The position numbers and the translations under genes were made by a program. A model generated the notes under the pieces. It made no database searches. It saw only the letters and a list, made by a program, of their open reading frames with translations, and was not told the origin of the DNA. DNA of 64,000 nucleotides from Blepharisma stoltei ATCC 30299 (taxonomy: Eukaryota > Protista > Ciliophora): the NCBI GenBank assembly GCA_965603825.1, contig CBFDEM010000025.1, positions 310,001 to 374,000 on the forward strand, given 5' to 3'. Shown one piece after another: positions 23,601 to 38,600 of the stretch; the stretch's first letter is position 1, and each line of letters begins with the position of its first letter.

Positions 23601-26600
23601 CTACACACTTGTTTCCGGATACTATATCGCTTTCTGAAGTGCAAGACCCGCAAGTAGTGCTATCTGTGCAAGTTGCGCAGCCATTTGAGCCAGCTGTGCA
23701 TTTTGGTGAGCAAGTGTTTGGAGATGTTGAAGATATTGCGTCACTTTCTGAAGTGCAAGACCCGCAAGTAGTAGCATCTGAGCAAGTTGCGCAGCCGTCT
23801 GAGCCAGCTGTGCATTTAGGTGAGCAAGTGTTTGGAGATGTTGAAGATACTGCGTCGCTTTCTGAAGTGCAAGATCCGCAAGTAGTAGCATCTGTGCAAG
23901 TTGCGCAGCCGTTTGAGCCAACTGTACATTTAGGTGAGCAAGTGTTTGGAGATGTTGAAGATACTGCGTCGCTTTCTGAAGTGCAAGACCCGCAAGTAGT
24001 ATCATCTGTGCAAGTTGCGCAGCCGTTTGAGCCAACTGTGCATTTTCCTACACACTTGTTTCCGGATACTATATCGCTTTCTGAAGTGCAAGACCCGCAA
24101 GTAGTGCTATCTGTGCAAGTTGCGCAGCCATTTGAGCCAGCTGTGCATTTAGGTGAGCAAGTATTTGGAGATGTTGAAGATACTGCGTCGCTTTCTGAAG
24201 TGCAAGATCCGCAAGTAGTGTCATCTGTACAAGTTGCGCAGCCGTTTGAGCCAACTGTACATTTAGGTGAGCAAGTGTTTGGAGATGTTGAAGATACTGC
24301 GTCGCTTTCTGAAGTGCAAGATCCGCAAGTAGTATCATCTGTGCAAGTTGCGCAGCCGTTTGAGCCAACTGTGCATTTTCCTACACACTTGTTTCCGGAT
24401 ACTATATCGCTTTCTGAAGTGCAAGACCCGCAAGTAGTGCTATCTGTGCAAGTTGCGCAGCCATTTGAGCCAGCTGTGCATTTAGGTGAGCAAGTGTTTG
24501 GAGATGCTGAAGATATTGCGTCACTTTCTGAAGTGCAAGACCCGCAAGTAGTAGCATCTGAGCAAGTTGCGCAGCCGTTTGAGCCAGCTGTGCATTTAGG
24601 TGAGCAAGTGTTTGGAGATGTTGAAGATACTGCGTCGCTTTCTGAAGTGCAAGATCCGCAAGTAGTAGCATCTGTGCAAGTTGCGCAGCCGTTTGAGCCA
24701 ACTGTACATTTAGGTGAGCAAGTGTTTGGAGATGTTGAAGATACTGCGTCGCTTTCTGAAGTGCAAGACCCGCAAGTAGTATCATCTGTGCAAGTTGCGC
24801 AGCCGTTTGAGCCAACTGTGCACTTTCCTACACACTTGTTTCCGGATACTATATCGCTTTCTGAAGTGCAAGACCCACAAGTAGTGCTATCTGTGCAAGT
24901 TGCGCAGCCATTTGAGCCAGCTGTGCATTTAGGTGAGCAAGTGTTTGGAGATGTTGAAGATACTGCGTCGCTTTCTGAAGTGCAAGATCCGCAAGTAGTG
25001 TCATCTGCGCAAGTTGCGCAGCCGTTTGAGCCAACTGTGCATTTAGGTGAGCAAGTGTTTGGAGATGTTGAAGATACTGCGTCGCTTTCTGAAGTGCAAG
25101 ACCCGCAAGTAGTGTCATCTGTGCAAGTTGCGCAGCCGTTTGAGCCAATTGTGCATTTTCCTACACACTTGTTTCCGGATACTATATCGCTTTCTGAAGT
25201 GCAAGACTCGCAAGTAGTGCTATCTGTGCAAGTTGCGCAGCCATTTGAGCCAGCTGTGCATTTAGGCGAGCAAGTGTTTGGAGATGTTGAAGATACTGCG
25301 TCACTTTCTGAAGTGCAAGACCCGCAAGTAGTAGCATCTGAGCAAGTTGCGCAGCCATTTGAGCCAGCTGTGCATTTAGGTGAGCAAGTGTTTGGAGATG
25401 TTGAAGATACTGCGTCACTTTCTGAAGTGCAAGACCCGCAAGTAGTAGCATCTGTGCAAGTTGCGCAGCCGTTTGAGCCAACTGTACATTTAGGTGAGCA
25501 AGCGTTTGGAGAAGTTGAAGATACGGCGTCGCTTTCTGAAGTGCAAGACCCGCAAGTAGTATCATCTGTACAAGTTGCGCAGCCATTTGAGCCAACTGTG
25601 CATTTTCCTATACACTTGTTTCCGGATACTATATCGCTTTCTGAAGTGCAAGACCCGCAAGTAGTGCTATCTGTGCAAGTTGCGCAGCCATTTGAGCCAG
25701 CTGTGCATTTAGGTGAGCAAGTGTTTGGAGATGTTGAAGATACTGCGTCGCTTTCTGAAGTGCAAGATCCGCAAGTAGTAGCATCTGAACAAGTTGCGCA
25801 GCCGTTAGAGCCAACTGTACATTTAGGTGAGCAAGTGTTTGGAGATGTTGAAGATACTGCGTCGCTTTCTGAAGTGCAAGATCCGCAAGTAGTATCATCT
25901 GTGCAAGTTGCGCAGCCGTTTGAGCCAACTGTGCATTTTCCTACACACTTGTTTCCGGATACTATATCGCTTTCTGAAGTGCAAGACCCACAAGTAGTGC
26001 TATCTGTGCAAGTTGCGCAGCCATTTGAGCCAGCTGTGCATTTAGGTGAGCAAGTATTTGGAGATGTTGAAGATACTGCGTCACTTTCTGAAGAGCACGA
26101 TCCGCAAGTAGTGTTATCTGTGCAAGTTGCGCAGCCATTTGAGCCAACTGTGCATTTAGGTGAGCAAGTGTTTGGAGATATTGAAGATACTGCGTCGCTT
26201 TCTGAAGTGCAAGATCCGCAAGTAGTAGCATCTGTACAAGTTGCGCAGCCGTTTGAGCCAACTGTACATTTAGGTGAGCAAGTGTTTGGAGATGTTGATG
26301 ACACTGCGTCGCTTTCTGAAGTGCAAGACCCGCAAGTAGTATCATCTGTGCAAGTTGCGCAGCCGTTTGAGCCAACTGTGCACTTTCCTACACACTTGTT
26401 TCCGGATACTATATCGCTTTCTGAAGTGCAAGACCCGCAAGTAGTGCTATCTGTGCAAGTTGCGCAGCCATTTGAGCCAGCTGTGCATTTAGGTGAGCAA
26501 GTGTTTGGAGATGTTGAAGATACCGCGTCGCTTTCTGAAGTGCAAGATCCGCAAGTAGTGTCATCTGTGCAAGTTGCGCAGCCGTTTGAGCCAACTGTAC

Positions 26601-29600
26601 ATTTAGGTAAGCAAGTGTTTGGAGAAGTTGAAGATACTGCATCGCTTTCTGAAGTGCAAGAACCGCAAGTTGTATCATCTGTGCATGTCGCACAGCCGTT
26701 TGAGCCAACTGTGCATTTTCCTACACACTTGTTTCCGGATACTATATCGCTTTCTGAAGTGCAAGACCCGCAAGTAGTGCTATCTGTGCAAGTTGCGCAG
26801 CCATTTGAGCCAGCTGTGCATTTAGGTGAGCAAGTGTTTGGAGATGTTGAAGATATTGCGTCACTTTCTGAAGTGCAAGACCCGCAAGTAGTAGCATCTG
26901 AGCAAGTTGCGCAGCCATTTGAGCCAGCTGTGCATTTAGGTGAGCAAGTGTTTGGAGATGTTGAAGATACTGCGTCACTTTCTGAAGTGCAAGACCCGCA
27001 AGTAGTATCATCTGTGCAAGTTGCGCAGCCGTTTGAGCCAACTGTACATTTAGGTGAGCAAGTGTTTGGAGAAGTTGAAGATACTGCATCGCTTTCTGAA
27101 GTGCAAGATCCGCAAGTAGTATCATCTGTGCAAGTTGCGCAGCCGTTTGAGCCAACTGTGCATTTTCCTACACACTTGTTTCCGGATACTATATCGCTTT
27201 CTGAAGTGCAAGACCCGCAAGTAGTGCTATCTGTGCAAGTTGCGCAGCCGTTTGAGCCAGCTGTGCATTTAGGTGAGCAAGTGTTTGGAGATGTTGAAGA
27301 TACTGCATCGCTCTCTGAAGTGCAAGATCCGCAAGTTGTGTCATCTGTGCAAGTTGCGCAGCCGTTTGAACCAACTGTACATTTAGGTGAGCAAGTGTTT
27401 GGAGAAGTCGAAGATACTGCGTCGCTTTCTGAAGTGCAAGATCCGCAAGTAGTATCATCTGTGCAAGTTGCGCAGCCGTTTGAGCCAACTGTGCACTTTC
27501 CTACACACTTGTTTCCGGATACTATATCGCTTTCTGAAGTGCAAGACCCGCAAGTAGTGCTATCTGTGCAAGTTGCGCAGCCATTTGAGCCAGCTGTGCA
27601 TTTAGGTGAGCAAGTGTTTGGAGATGTTGAAGATACTGCGTCACTTTCTGAAGTGCAAGACCCGCAAGTAGTAGTATCTGAGCAAGTTGCGCAGCCGTTA
27701 GAGCCAGCTGTACATTTAGGTGAGCAAGTGTTTGGAGAAGTTGAAGATACTGCGTCGCTTTCTGAAGTGCAAGACCCGCAAGTTGTGTCATCTGTACAAG
27801 TTGCACAGCCGTTTGAGCCAACTGTGCATTTTGGTGAGCAAGTGTTTGGAGAAGTTGAAGATACGGCGTCGCTTTCTGAAGTGCAAGACCCGCAAGTAGT
27901 ATCATCTGTGCAAGTTGCGCAGCCGTTTGAGCCAACTGTGCATTTTCCTACACACTTGTTTCCGGATACTATATCGCTTTCTGAAGTGCAAGACCCGCAA
28001 GTAGTGCTATCTGTGCAAGTTGCGCAGCCATTTGAGCCAGCTGTGCATTTAGGTGAGCAAGTGTTTGGAGATGTTGAAGATACTGCGTCGCTTTCTGAAG
28101 TGCAAGATCCACAAGTAGTATCATCTGTGCAAGTTGCGCAGCCGTTTGAGCCAACTGTACATTTTGGTGAGCAAGTGTTTGGAGAAGTTGAAGATACGGC
28201 GTCGCTTTCTGAAGTGCAAGACCCGCAAGTAGTATCATCTGTGCAAGTTGCGCAGCCATTTGAGCCAACTGTACATTTTCCTACACACTTGTTTCCGGAT
28301 ACTATATCGCTTTCTGAAGTGCAAGACCCGCAAGTAGTGCTATCTGTGCAAGTTGCGCAGCCATTTGAGCCAGCTGTGCATTTAGGAGTGCAAGTGTTTG
28401 GAGATGTTGAAGATACTGCGTCACTTTCTGAAGTGCAAGACCCGCAAGTAGTAGTATCTGAGCAAGTTGCGCAGCCGTTAGAGCCGACTGTACATTTAGG
28501 TGAGCAAGTGTTTGGAGATGTTGAAGATACTGCGTCGCTTTCTGAAGTACAAGACCCGCAAGTCGTATCATCTGTACAAGTTGCGCAGCCGTTTGAGCCA
28601 ACTGTACATTTAGGTGAGCAAGTGTTTGGAGAAGTTGAAGATACTGCGTCGCTTTCTGAAGTGCAAGACCCGCAAGTAGTATCATCTGTGCAAGTTGCGC
28701 AGCCGTTTGAGCCAACTGTGCATTTTCCTACACACTTGTTTCCGGATACTACATCGCTTTCTGAAGAGCACGATCCGCAAGTAGTGCTATCTGCGCAAGT
28801 TGCGCAGCCATTTGAGCCAGCTGTGCATTTAGGTGAGCAAATATTTGGAGATGTTGAAGATACCGCGTCGCTTTCTGAAGTGCAAGATCCACAAGTAGTG
28901 TCATCTGTGCAAGTAGCGCAGCCGTTTGAGCCAACTGTACATTTTGGTGAGCAAGTGTTTGGAGAAGTTGAAGATACTGCGTCGCTTTCTGAAGTGCAAG
29001 ACCCACAAGTAGTGTCATCTGTGCAAGTTGCGCACCCGTTTGAGCCAACTGTGCATTTTCCTACACACTTGTTTCCGGATACTACATCGCTTTCTGAAGT
29101 GCAAGACCCGCAAGTAGTGCTATCTGTGCAAGTTGCGCAGCCATTTGATCCTGCTGTGCATTTAGGTGAGCAAGTGTTTGGAGATGTTGAAGATACTGCG
29201 TCGCTTTCTGAAGTGCAAGACCCGCAAGTAGTGTCATCTGTGCAAGTTGCGCAGCCGTTTGAGCCAGTCGTGCATTTAGGCGAGCAAGTGTTTGGAGATG
29301 TTGAAGATACCGCGTCGCTTTCTGAAGTGCAAGATCCGCAAGTAGTGTCATCTGTGCAAGTAGCGCAGCCGTTTGAGCCAGACGTGCATTTAGGCGAGCA
29401 AGTGTTTGGAGATGTTGAAGATACCGCGTTGCTTTCTGAAGTGCAAGACCCGCAAGTGGTGTCATCTGTGCAAGTTGCGCAGCCATTTGAGCCAACTGTG
29501 CATTTTCCTACACACTTGTTTCCGGATACTACATCGCTTTCTGAAGTGCAAGACCCGCAAGTAGTGCTATCTGTGCAAGTTGCGCAGCCATTTGAGCCAG

Positions 29601-32600
29601 CTGTGCATTTAGGTGAGCAAGTATTTGGAGAAGTTGAAGATACTGCATCACTTTCTGAAGTGCAAGACCCGCAAGTAGTGTCATCTGTGCAAGTTGCGCA
29701 GCCATTTGAGCCAACTGTACATTTAGGTGAGCAAGTGTTTGGAGAAGTTGAAGATACTGCGTCGCTTTCTGAAGTGCAAGACCCACAAGTAGTATCATCT
29801 GTGCAAGTTGCGCAGCCATTTGAGCCAGCTGTGCATTTTCCTACACACTTGTTTCCGGATACTACATCGCTTTCTGAAGTGCAAGACCCGCAAGTAGTGC
29901 TATCTGTGCAAGTTGCGCAGCCATTTGAGCCAGCTGTGCATTTAGGTGAGCAAGTATTTGGAGATGTTGAAGATACTGCGTCAGATTCTGAGGTGCAAGA
30001 TCCGCAAGTAGTGTCATCTGTGCAAGTTGCGCAGCCGTTTGAGCCAGTCGTGCATTTAGGCGAGCAAGTGTTTGGAGATGTTGAAGATACCGCGTCGCTT
30101 TCTGAAGTGCAAGATCCGCAAGTGGTGTCATCTGTGCAAGTAGCGCAGCCGTTTGAGCCAACTGTACATTTAGGTGAGCAAGTGTTTGGAGAAGTTGAAG
30201 ATACTGCGTCGCTTTCTGAAGTGCAAGACCCACAAGTAGTGTCATCTGTGCAAGTAGCGCAGCCGTTTGAGCCAACTGTACATTTTCCTACACACTTGTT
30301 TCCGGATACTACATCGCTTTCTGAAGTGCAAGACCCGCAAGTAGTGCTATCTGTGCAAGTTGCGCAGCCATTTGAGCCAGCTGTGCATTTAGGTGAGCAA
30401 GTGTTTGGAGATGTTGAAGATACTGCATCACTTTCTGAAGTGCAAGATCCGCAAGTAGTGTCATCTGTGCAAGTTGCGCAGCCATTTGAGCCAACTGTAC
30501 ATTTAGGTGAGCAAGTGTTTGGAGAAGTTGAAGATACTGCGTCGCTTTCTGAAGTGCAAGACCCACAAGTAGTATCATCTGTGCAAGTTGCGCAGCCATT
30601 TGAGCCAGCTGTGCATTTTCCTACACACTTGTTTCCGGATACTACATCGCTTTCTGAAGTGCAAGACCCGCAAGTAGTGCTATCTGTGCAAGTTGCGCAG
30701 CCATTTGAGCCAGCTGTGCATTTAGGTAAGCAAGTGTTTGGAGATGTTGAAGATATTGAGTCACTTTCTGAAGTGCAAGACCCGCAAGTAGTGTCATCTG
30801 TGCAAGTTGCGCAGCCGTTTGAGCCAGCTGTGCATTTAGGCGAGCAAGTGTTTGGAGATGTTGAAGATACTGCGTCGCTTTCTGAAGTGCAAGATCCGCA
30901 AGTAGTGTCATCTGTGCAAGTAGCGCAGCCGTTTGAGCCAACTGTGCATTTTGGTGAGCAAGTGTTTGGAGAAGTTGAAGATACTGCGTCGCTTTCTGAA
31001 GTGCAAGACCCACAAGTAGTATCATCTGTACAAGTTGCACAGCCGTTTGAGCCAACTGTGCATTTTCCTATACACTTGTTTCCGGATACTACATCGCTTT
31101 CTGAAGTGCAAGATCCGCAAGTAGTGCTATCTGTGCAAGTTGCGCAGCCATTTGAGCCAGCTGTGCATTTAGGTGAGCAAGTGTTTGGAGATGTTGAAGA
31201 AACTGCATCGCTTTCTGAAGTGCAAGACCCGCAGGTAGTGTCATCTGTACAAGTTGCGCAGCCTTTTGAGCCAGCTGTACATTTAGGTGAGCAAGTGTTT
31301 GGAGAAGTTGAAGATACTGCGTCGCTTTCCGAAGTGCAAGATCCGCAAGTGGTGTCATCTGTGCAAGTTGCGCACCCGTTTGAGCCAACTGTGCATTTTC
31401 CTACACACTTGTTTCCGGATACTATATCGCTTTCTGAAGTGCAAGACCCGCAAGTAGTGCTATCTGTGCAAGTTGCGCAGCCATTTGAGCCAGCTGTGCA
31501 TTTAGGTGAGCAAGTGCTTGGAGATGTTGAAGATACTGCGTCACTTTCTGATGTGCAAGATCCACAAGTAGTAGTATCTGAGCAAGTTGCGCAGCCATTT
31601 GAGCCAGCTGTGCATTTAGGTGAGCAAGTGTTTGGAGATGTTGAAGATACTGCATCACTTTCTGAAGTGCAAGATCCGCAAGTTGTGTCATCTGTGCAAG
31701 TTGCGCAGCCATTTGAGCCAACTGTGCATTTAGGTGAGCAAGTATTTGGAGAAGTTGAAGATACTGCGTCGCTTTCTGAAGTGCAAGACCCGCAAGTAGT
31801 ATCATCTGTGCAAGTTGCGCAGCCGTTTGAGCCAACTGTGCATTTTCCTACACACTTGTTTCCGGATACTACATCGCTTTCTGAAGTGCAAGACCCGCAA
31901 GTAGTGCTATCTGTGCAAGTTGCGCAGCCATTTGAGCCAGCTGTGCATTTAGGTGAGCAAGTGTGTGGAGATGATGAAGATACTGCATCGCTTTCTGAAG
32001 TGCAAGATCCGCAAGTTGTAGCATCTGTGCAAGTTGCGCAGCCGCTTGATCCAACTGTACATTTAGGTGAGCAAGTGTTTGGAGAAGTTGAAGATACTGC
32101 GTCGCTTTCTGAAGTGCAAGATCCGCAAGTAGTATCATCTGTGCAAGTTGCGCAGCCGTTTGAGCCAACTGTGCATTTTCCTACACACTTGTTTCCGGAT
32201 ACTACATCGCTTTCTGAAGTGCAAGACCCGCAAGTAGTGCTATCTGTGCAAGTTGCGCAGCCATTTGAGCCAGCTGTGCATTTAGGCGAACAAGTGTTTG
32301 GAGATGTTGAAGATATTGCGTCACTTTCTGAAGTGCAAGACCCGCAAGTAGTGTCATCTGTGCAAGTTGCGCAGCCGTTTGAGCCAACTGTACATTTAGG
32401 TGAGCAAGTGTTTGGAGATGTTGAAGATACTGCGTCGCTTTCTGAAGTGCAAGACCCGCAAGTAGTGTCATCAGTGCAAGTTGCGCAGCCGTTTGAGCCA
32501 ACTGTACATTTAGGTGAGCAAGTGTTTGGAGAAGTTGAAGATACTGCGTCGCTTTCTGAAGTGCAAGACCCACAAGTAGTATCATCTGTGCAAGTTGCGC

Positions 32601-35600
32601 ACCCGTTTGAGCCAACTGTGCATTTTCCTACACATTTGTTTCCGGATACTACATCGCTTTCTGAAGTGCAAGACCCGCAAGTAGTGCTATCTGTGCAAGT
32701 TGCGCAGCCATTTGAGCCAGCAGTGCATTTAGGTGAGCAAGTATTTGGAGATGTTGAAGATACTGCGTCGCTTTCTGAAGTGCAAGATCCGCAAGTAGTG
32801 TCGTCTGTACAAGTTGCGCAGCCGTTTGAGCCAACTGTACATTTAGGTGAGCAAGTGTTTGGAGATGTTGAAGATACTGCGTCGCTTTCTGAAGTGCAAG
32901 ACCCGCAAGTAGTGTCATCTGTGCAAGTTGCGCAGCCGTTTGAGCCAACTGTACATTTTCCTACACACTTATTTCCGGATACTACATCGCTTTCTGAAGT
33001 GCAAGACCCGCAAGTAGTGCTATCTGTGCAAGTTGCGCAGCCATTTGAGCCAGCTGTGCATTTAGGTGAGCAAGTATTTGGTGAAGTTGAAGATACTGCG
33101 TCGCTTTCTGAAGTGCAAGACCCGCAAGTAGTGTCATCTGTGCAAGTTGCGCAGCCATTTGAGCCAGTTGTGCATTTAGGTGAGCAAGTGTTTGGAGAAG
33201 TTGAAGATACTGCATCGCTTTCTGAAGTGCAAGATCCGCAAGTAGTATCATCTGTGCAAGTTGCACAGCCGTTTGAGCCAACTGTACATTTAGCTGAGCA
33301 AGTATTTGGAGAAGTTGAAGATACTGCATCGCTTTCTGAAGTGCAAGACCCACAAGTAGTGTCATCTGTGCAAGTTGCGCAGCCGTTTGATCCAACTGTG
33401 CATTTACCTACACATTTGTGTCCGGATACTGCATCGCTTTCTGAAGTGCAAGACGCGCAAGTAGTGTCATCTGTGCAAGTTGCGCAGCCATTTGAGCCAG
33501 CTGTGCACTTAGGTGAGCAAGTATTTGGAGAAGTTGACGATACTACGTCGCTTTCTGAAGTGCAAGACCCGCAAGTAGTGTCATCTGTGCAAGTTGCGCA
33601 GCCGTTTGAGCCAACTGTACATTTAGGTGAGCAAGAGTTTGGAGAAGTTGAAGATACTGCGTCGCTTTCTGAAGTGCAAGACCCGCAAGTAGTGTCATCT
33701 GTGCAAGTTGCGCAGCCGTTTGAGCCAACTGTGCATTTTCCTACGCATTTGTGTCCGGATACTACATCGCTTTCTGAAGTGCAAGACCCGCAAGTAGTGT
33801 CATCTGTGCAAGTTGCGCAGCCATTTGAGCCAGCTGTGCATTTAGGTGAGCAAGTATTTGGTGAAGTTGAAGATACTGCATCGCTTTCTGAAGTGCAAGA
33901 CCCGCAAGTAGTGTCATCTGTGCAAGTTGCGCAGCCGTTTGAGCCAGTTATGCATTTGGCTGAGCAAGTGTTTGGAGAAGTTGAAGATACTGCGTCGCTT
34001 TCTGAAGTGCAAGACCCGCAAGTGGTGTCATCTGTGCAAGTTGCGCAGCCGTTTGAGCCAACTGTACATTTAGCTGAACAAGTGTTTGGAGAAGTTGAAG
34101 ATACTGCGTCGCTTTCTGAAGTGCAAGACCCGCAAGTAGTGTCATCTGTGCAAGTTGCGCAGCCGTTTGAGCCAACTGTGCATTTTCCTACACATTTGTG
34201 TCCGGATAATACATCGCTTTCTGAAGTGCAAGACGCGCAAGTAGTATCATCTGTGCAAGTTGCGCAGCCATTTGAGCCAGCTGTGCATTTAGGTGAGCAA
34301 GTATTTGGAGAAGTTGAAGATACTGCATCACTTTCTGAAGTGCAAGACCCGCAAGTAGTATCATCTGTGCAAGTTGCGCAGCCGTTTGAGCCAACTGTAC
34401 ATTTTGCAGAGCAAGTATTTGGAGAAGTTGAAGATACTGCGTCGCTTTCTGAAGTGCAAGACCCGCAAGTAGTGTCATCTGTGCAAGTTGCGCAGCCGTT
34501 TGAGCCAACTGTGCATTTTCCTACACATTTGTGTCCAGATACTGCATCGCTTTCTGAAGTGCAAGATGCGCAAGTAGTGTCATCTGTGCAAGTTGCGCAG
34601 CCATTTGAGCCAGCTGTGCATTTAGGCGAGCAAGTATTTGGTGAAGTTGAAGATACTGCGTCGCTTTCTGAAGTGCAAGACCCGCAAGTAGTGTCATCTG
34701 TGCAAGTTGCGCAGCCATTTGAGCCAGTTGTGCATTTAGGTGAGCAAGTATTTGGAGAAGTTGAAGATACTGCGTCACTTTCTGAAGTGCAAGACCCGCA
34801 AGTAGTGTCATCTGTGCAAGTTGCGCAGCCATTTGAGCCAACTGTGCATTTAGCTGAGCAAGTGTTTGGAGAAGTTGAAGATACTGCATCGCTTTCTGAA
34901 GTGCAAGATCCGCAAGTAGTGTCATCTGTGCAAGTTGCGCAGCCGTTTGAGCCAACTGTGCATTTTCCTACACATTTGTTTCCTGATACTGCATCGCTTT
35001 CTGAAGTGCAAGACGCGCAAGTAGTGTCATCTGTGCAAGTTGCGCAGCCATTTGAGCCAGCTGTGCATTTAGGTGAGCAAGTATTTGGAGAAGTTGAAGA
35101 TACTGCGTCGCTTTCTGAAGTGCAAGATCCGCAAGTAGTGTCATCTGTGCAAGTTGCGCAGCCGTTTGAGCCAACTGTACATTTAGCTGAGCAAGTGTTT
35201 GGAGAAGTTGAAGATACTGCGTCGCTGTCTGAAGTGCAAGAACCGCAAGTAGTGTCATCTGTGCAAGTTGCGCAGCCGTTTGAGCCAACTGTGCATTTTC
35301 CTACACATTTGTGTCCAGATACTGCATCGCTTTCTGAAGTGCAAGACCCGCAAGTAGTGTCATCTGTGCAAGTTGCGCAGCCATTTGAGCCAGCTGTGCA
35401 TTTAGGCGAGCAAGTATTTGGTGAAGTTGAAGATACTGCGTCGCTTTCTGAAGTGCAAGACCCGCAAGTAGTGTCATCTGTGCAAGTTGCGCAGCCATTT
35501 GAGCCAGTTGTGCATTTAGGTGAGCAAGTATTTGGAGAAGTTGAAGATACTGCGTCACTTTCTGAAGTGCAAGACCCGCAAGTAGTGTCATCTGTACAAG

Positions 35601-38600
35601 TTGCGCAGCCATTTGAGCCAACTGTGCATTTAGCTGAGCAAGTGTTTGGAGAAGTTGAAGATACTGCATCGCTTTCTGAAGTGCAAGATCCGCAAGTAGT
35701 GTCATCTGTGCAAGTTGCGCAGCCGTTTGAGCCAACTGTGCATTTTCCTACACATTTGTTTCCGGATACTGCATCGCTTTCTGAAGTGCAAGACGCGCAA
35801 GTAGTGTCATCTGTGCATGTTGCGCAGCCATTTGAGCCAGCTGTGCATTTAGGTGAGCAAGTATTTGGAGAAGTTGAAGATACTGCGTCGCTTTCTGAAG
35901 TGCAAGACCCGCAAGTAGTGTCATCTGTGCAAGTTGCGCAGCCGTTTGAGCCAACTGTGCATTTAGCTGAGCAAGTGTTTGGAGAAGTTGAAGATACTGC
36001 GTCGCTTTCTGAAGTGCAAGAACCGCAAGTAGTGTCATCTGTGCAAGTTGCACAGCCGTTTGAGCCAACTGTGCATTTTCCTACACATTTGTGTCCAGAT
36101 ACTGCATCGCTTTCTGAAGTGCAAGACCCGCAAGTAGTGTCATCTGTGCAAGTTGCGCAGCCATTTGAGCCAGCTGTGCATTTAGGTGAGCAAATGTTTG
36201 GTGAGGTTGAAGATACTGCATCGCTTTCTGAAGTGCAAGACCCGCAAGTAGTGTCATCTGTACAAGTTGCGCAGCCATTTGAGCCAGTTGTGCATTTAGG
36301 TGAGCAAGTGTTTGGAGAAGTTGAAGATACTGCGTCGCTTTCTGAAGTGCAAGATCCGCAAGTAGTATCATCTGTGCAAGTTGCGCAGCCATTTGAACCA
36401 ACTGTACACTTAGCTGAGCAAGTGTTTGGAGAAGTTGAAGATACTGCATCACTTTCTGAAGTGCAAGACCCGCAAGTAATGTCGTCTGTGCAAGTTGCGC
36501 AGCCGTTTGATCCAACTGTGCATTTTCCTACACATTTGTTTCCGGATACTGCATCGCTTTCTGAAGTGCAAGACGCGCAAGTAGTGTCATCTGTGCATGT
36601 TGCGCAGCCATTTGAGCCAGCTGTGCATTTAGGTGAGCAAATGTTTGGTGAAGTTGAAGATACTGCATCGCTTTCTGAAGTGCAAGACCCGCAAGTAGTG
36701 TCATCTGTGCAAGTTGCGCAGCCATTTGAGCCAGTTGTGCATTTGGCTGAGCAAGTGTTTGGAGAAGTTGAAGATACTGCGTCGCTTTCTGAAGTGCAGG
36801 ACCCACAAGTAGTGTCATCTGTGCAAGTTGCGCAGCCGTTTGAGCCAACTGTGCATTTAGCTGAGCAAGTGTTTGGAGATGTTGAAGATACTGCATCACT
36901 TTCTGAAGTGCAAGACCCGCAAGTAGTATCATCTGTGCAAGTTGCGCAGCCATTTGATCCAACTGTGCATTTACCTACACATTTGTTTCCGGATACTGCA
37001 TCGCTTTCTGAAGTGCATGACGCGCAAGTAGTGTCATCTGTGCAAGTTGCGCAGCCATTTGAGCCAGCTGTGCACTTAGGTGAGCAAGTATTTGGAGAAG
37101 TTGAAGATACTGCGTCGCTTTCTGAAGTGCAAGACCCACAAGTAGTGTCATCAGTGCAAGTTGCGCAGCCGTTTGAGCCAACTGTACATTTAGCTGAGCA
37201 AGTGTTTGGAGAAGTTGAAGATACTGCATCGCTTTCTGAAGTGCAAGACCCACAAGTAGTGTCATCTGTGCAAGTTGCGCAACCGTTTGAGCCAACTGTG
37301 CATTTTCCTACACATTTGTGTCCAGATACTGCATCGCTTTCTGAAGTGCAAGACGCGCAAGTAGTGTCATCTGTGCAAGTTGCACAGCCATTTGAGCCAG
37401 CTGTGCATTTAGGCGAGCAAGTGTTTGGTGAAGTTAAAGATACTGCATCGCTTTCAGAAGTGCAAGACCCGCAAGTAGTGTCATCTGTGCAAGTTGCGCA
37501 GCCATTTGAGCCAGTTGTGCATTTAGCTGAGCAAGTGTTTGGAGAAGTTGAAGATACTGCGTCGCTTTCTGAAGTGCAGGACCCACAAGTAGTGTCATCT
37601 GTGCAAGTTGCGCAGCCGTTTGAGCCAACTGTGCATTTAGCTGAGCAAGTGTTTGGAGAAGTTGAAGATACTGCATCACTTTCTGAAGTGCAAGACCCGC
37701 AAGTAGTATCATCTGTGCAAGTTGCGCAGCCATTTGATCCAACTGTGCATTTACCTACACATTTGTTTCCGGATACTGCATCGCTTTCTGAAGTGCATGA
37801 CGCGCAAGTAGTGTCATCTGTGCAAGTTGCGCAGCCATTTGAGCCAGCTGTGCACTTAGGTGAGCAAGTATTTGGAGAAGTTGAAGATACTGCGTCGCTT
37901 TCTGAAGTGCAAGACCCACAAGTAGTGTCATCAGTGCAAGTTGCGCAGCCGTTTGAGCCAACTGTACATTTAGCTGAGCAAGTGTTTGGAGAAGTTGAAG
38001 ATACTGCATCGCTTTCTGAAGTGCAAGACCCACAAGTAGTGTCATCTGTGCAAGTTGCGCAGCCATTTGATCCAACTGTGCATTTTCCTACACATTTGTG
38101 TCCAGACACTGCATCGCTTTCTGAAGTGCAAGACGCGCAAGTAGTATCATCTGTGCATGTTGCACAGCCATTTGATCCAGCTGTGCATTTAGGCGAGCAA
38201 GTGTTTGGTGACGTTGAAGATACTGCATCGCTTTCTGAAGTGCAAGACCCGCAAGTAGTGTCATCTGTGCAAGTTGCGCAGCCATTTGAGCCAGTTGTGC
38301 ATTTAGCTGAGCAAGTGTTTGGAGAAGTTGAAGATACTGCGTCGCTTTCTGAAGTGCAGGACCCACAAGTAGTGTCATCTGTGCAAGTTGCGCAGCCGTT
38401 TGAGCCAACTGTACATTTAGGTGAGCAAGTGTTTGGAGAAGTTGAAGATACTGCGTCGCTTTCTGAAGTGCAAGACCCGCAAGTAGTATCATCTGTGCAA
38501 GTTGCGCAGCCATTTGATCCAACTGTGCATTTACCTACACATTTGTTTCCGGATACTGCATCGCTTTCTGAAGTGCATGACGCGCAAGTAGTGTCATCTG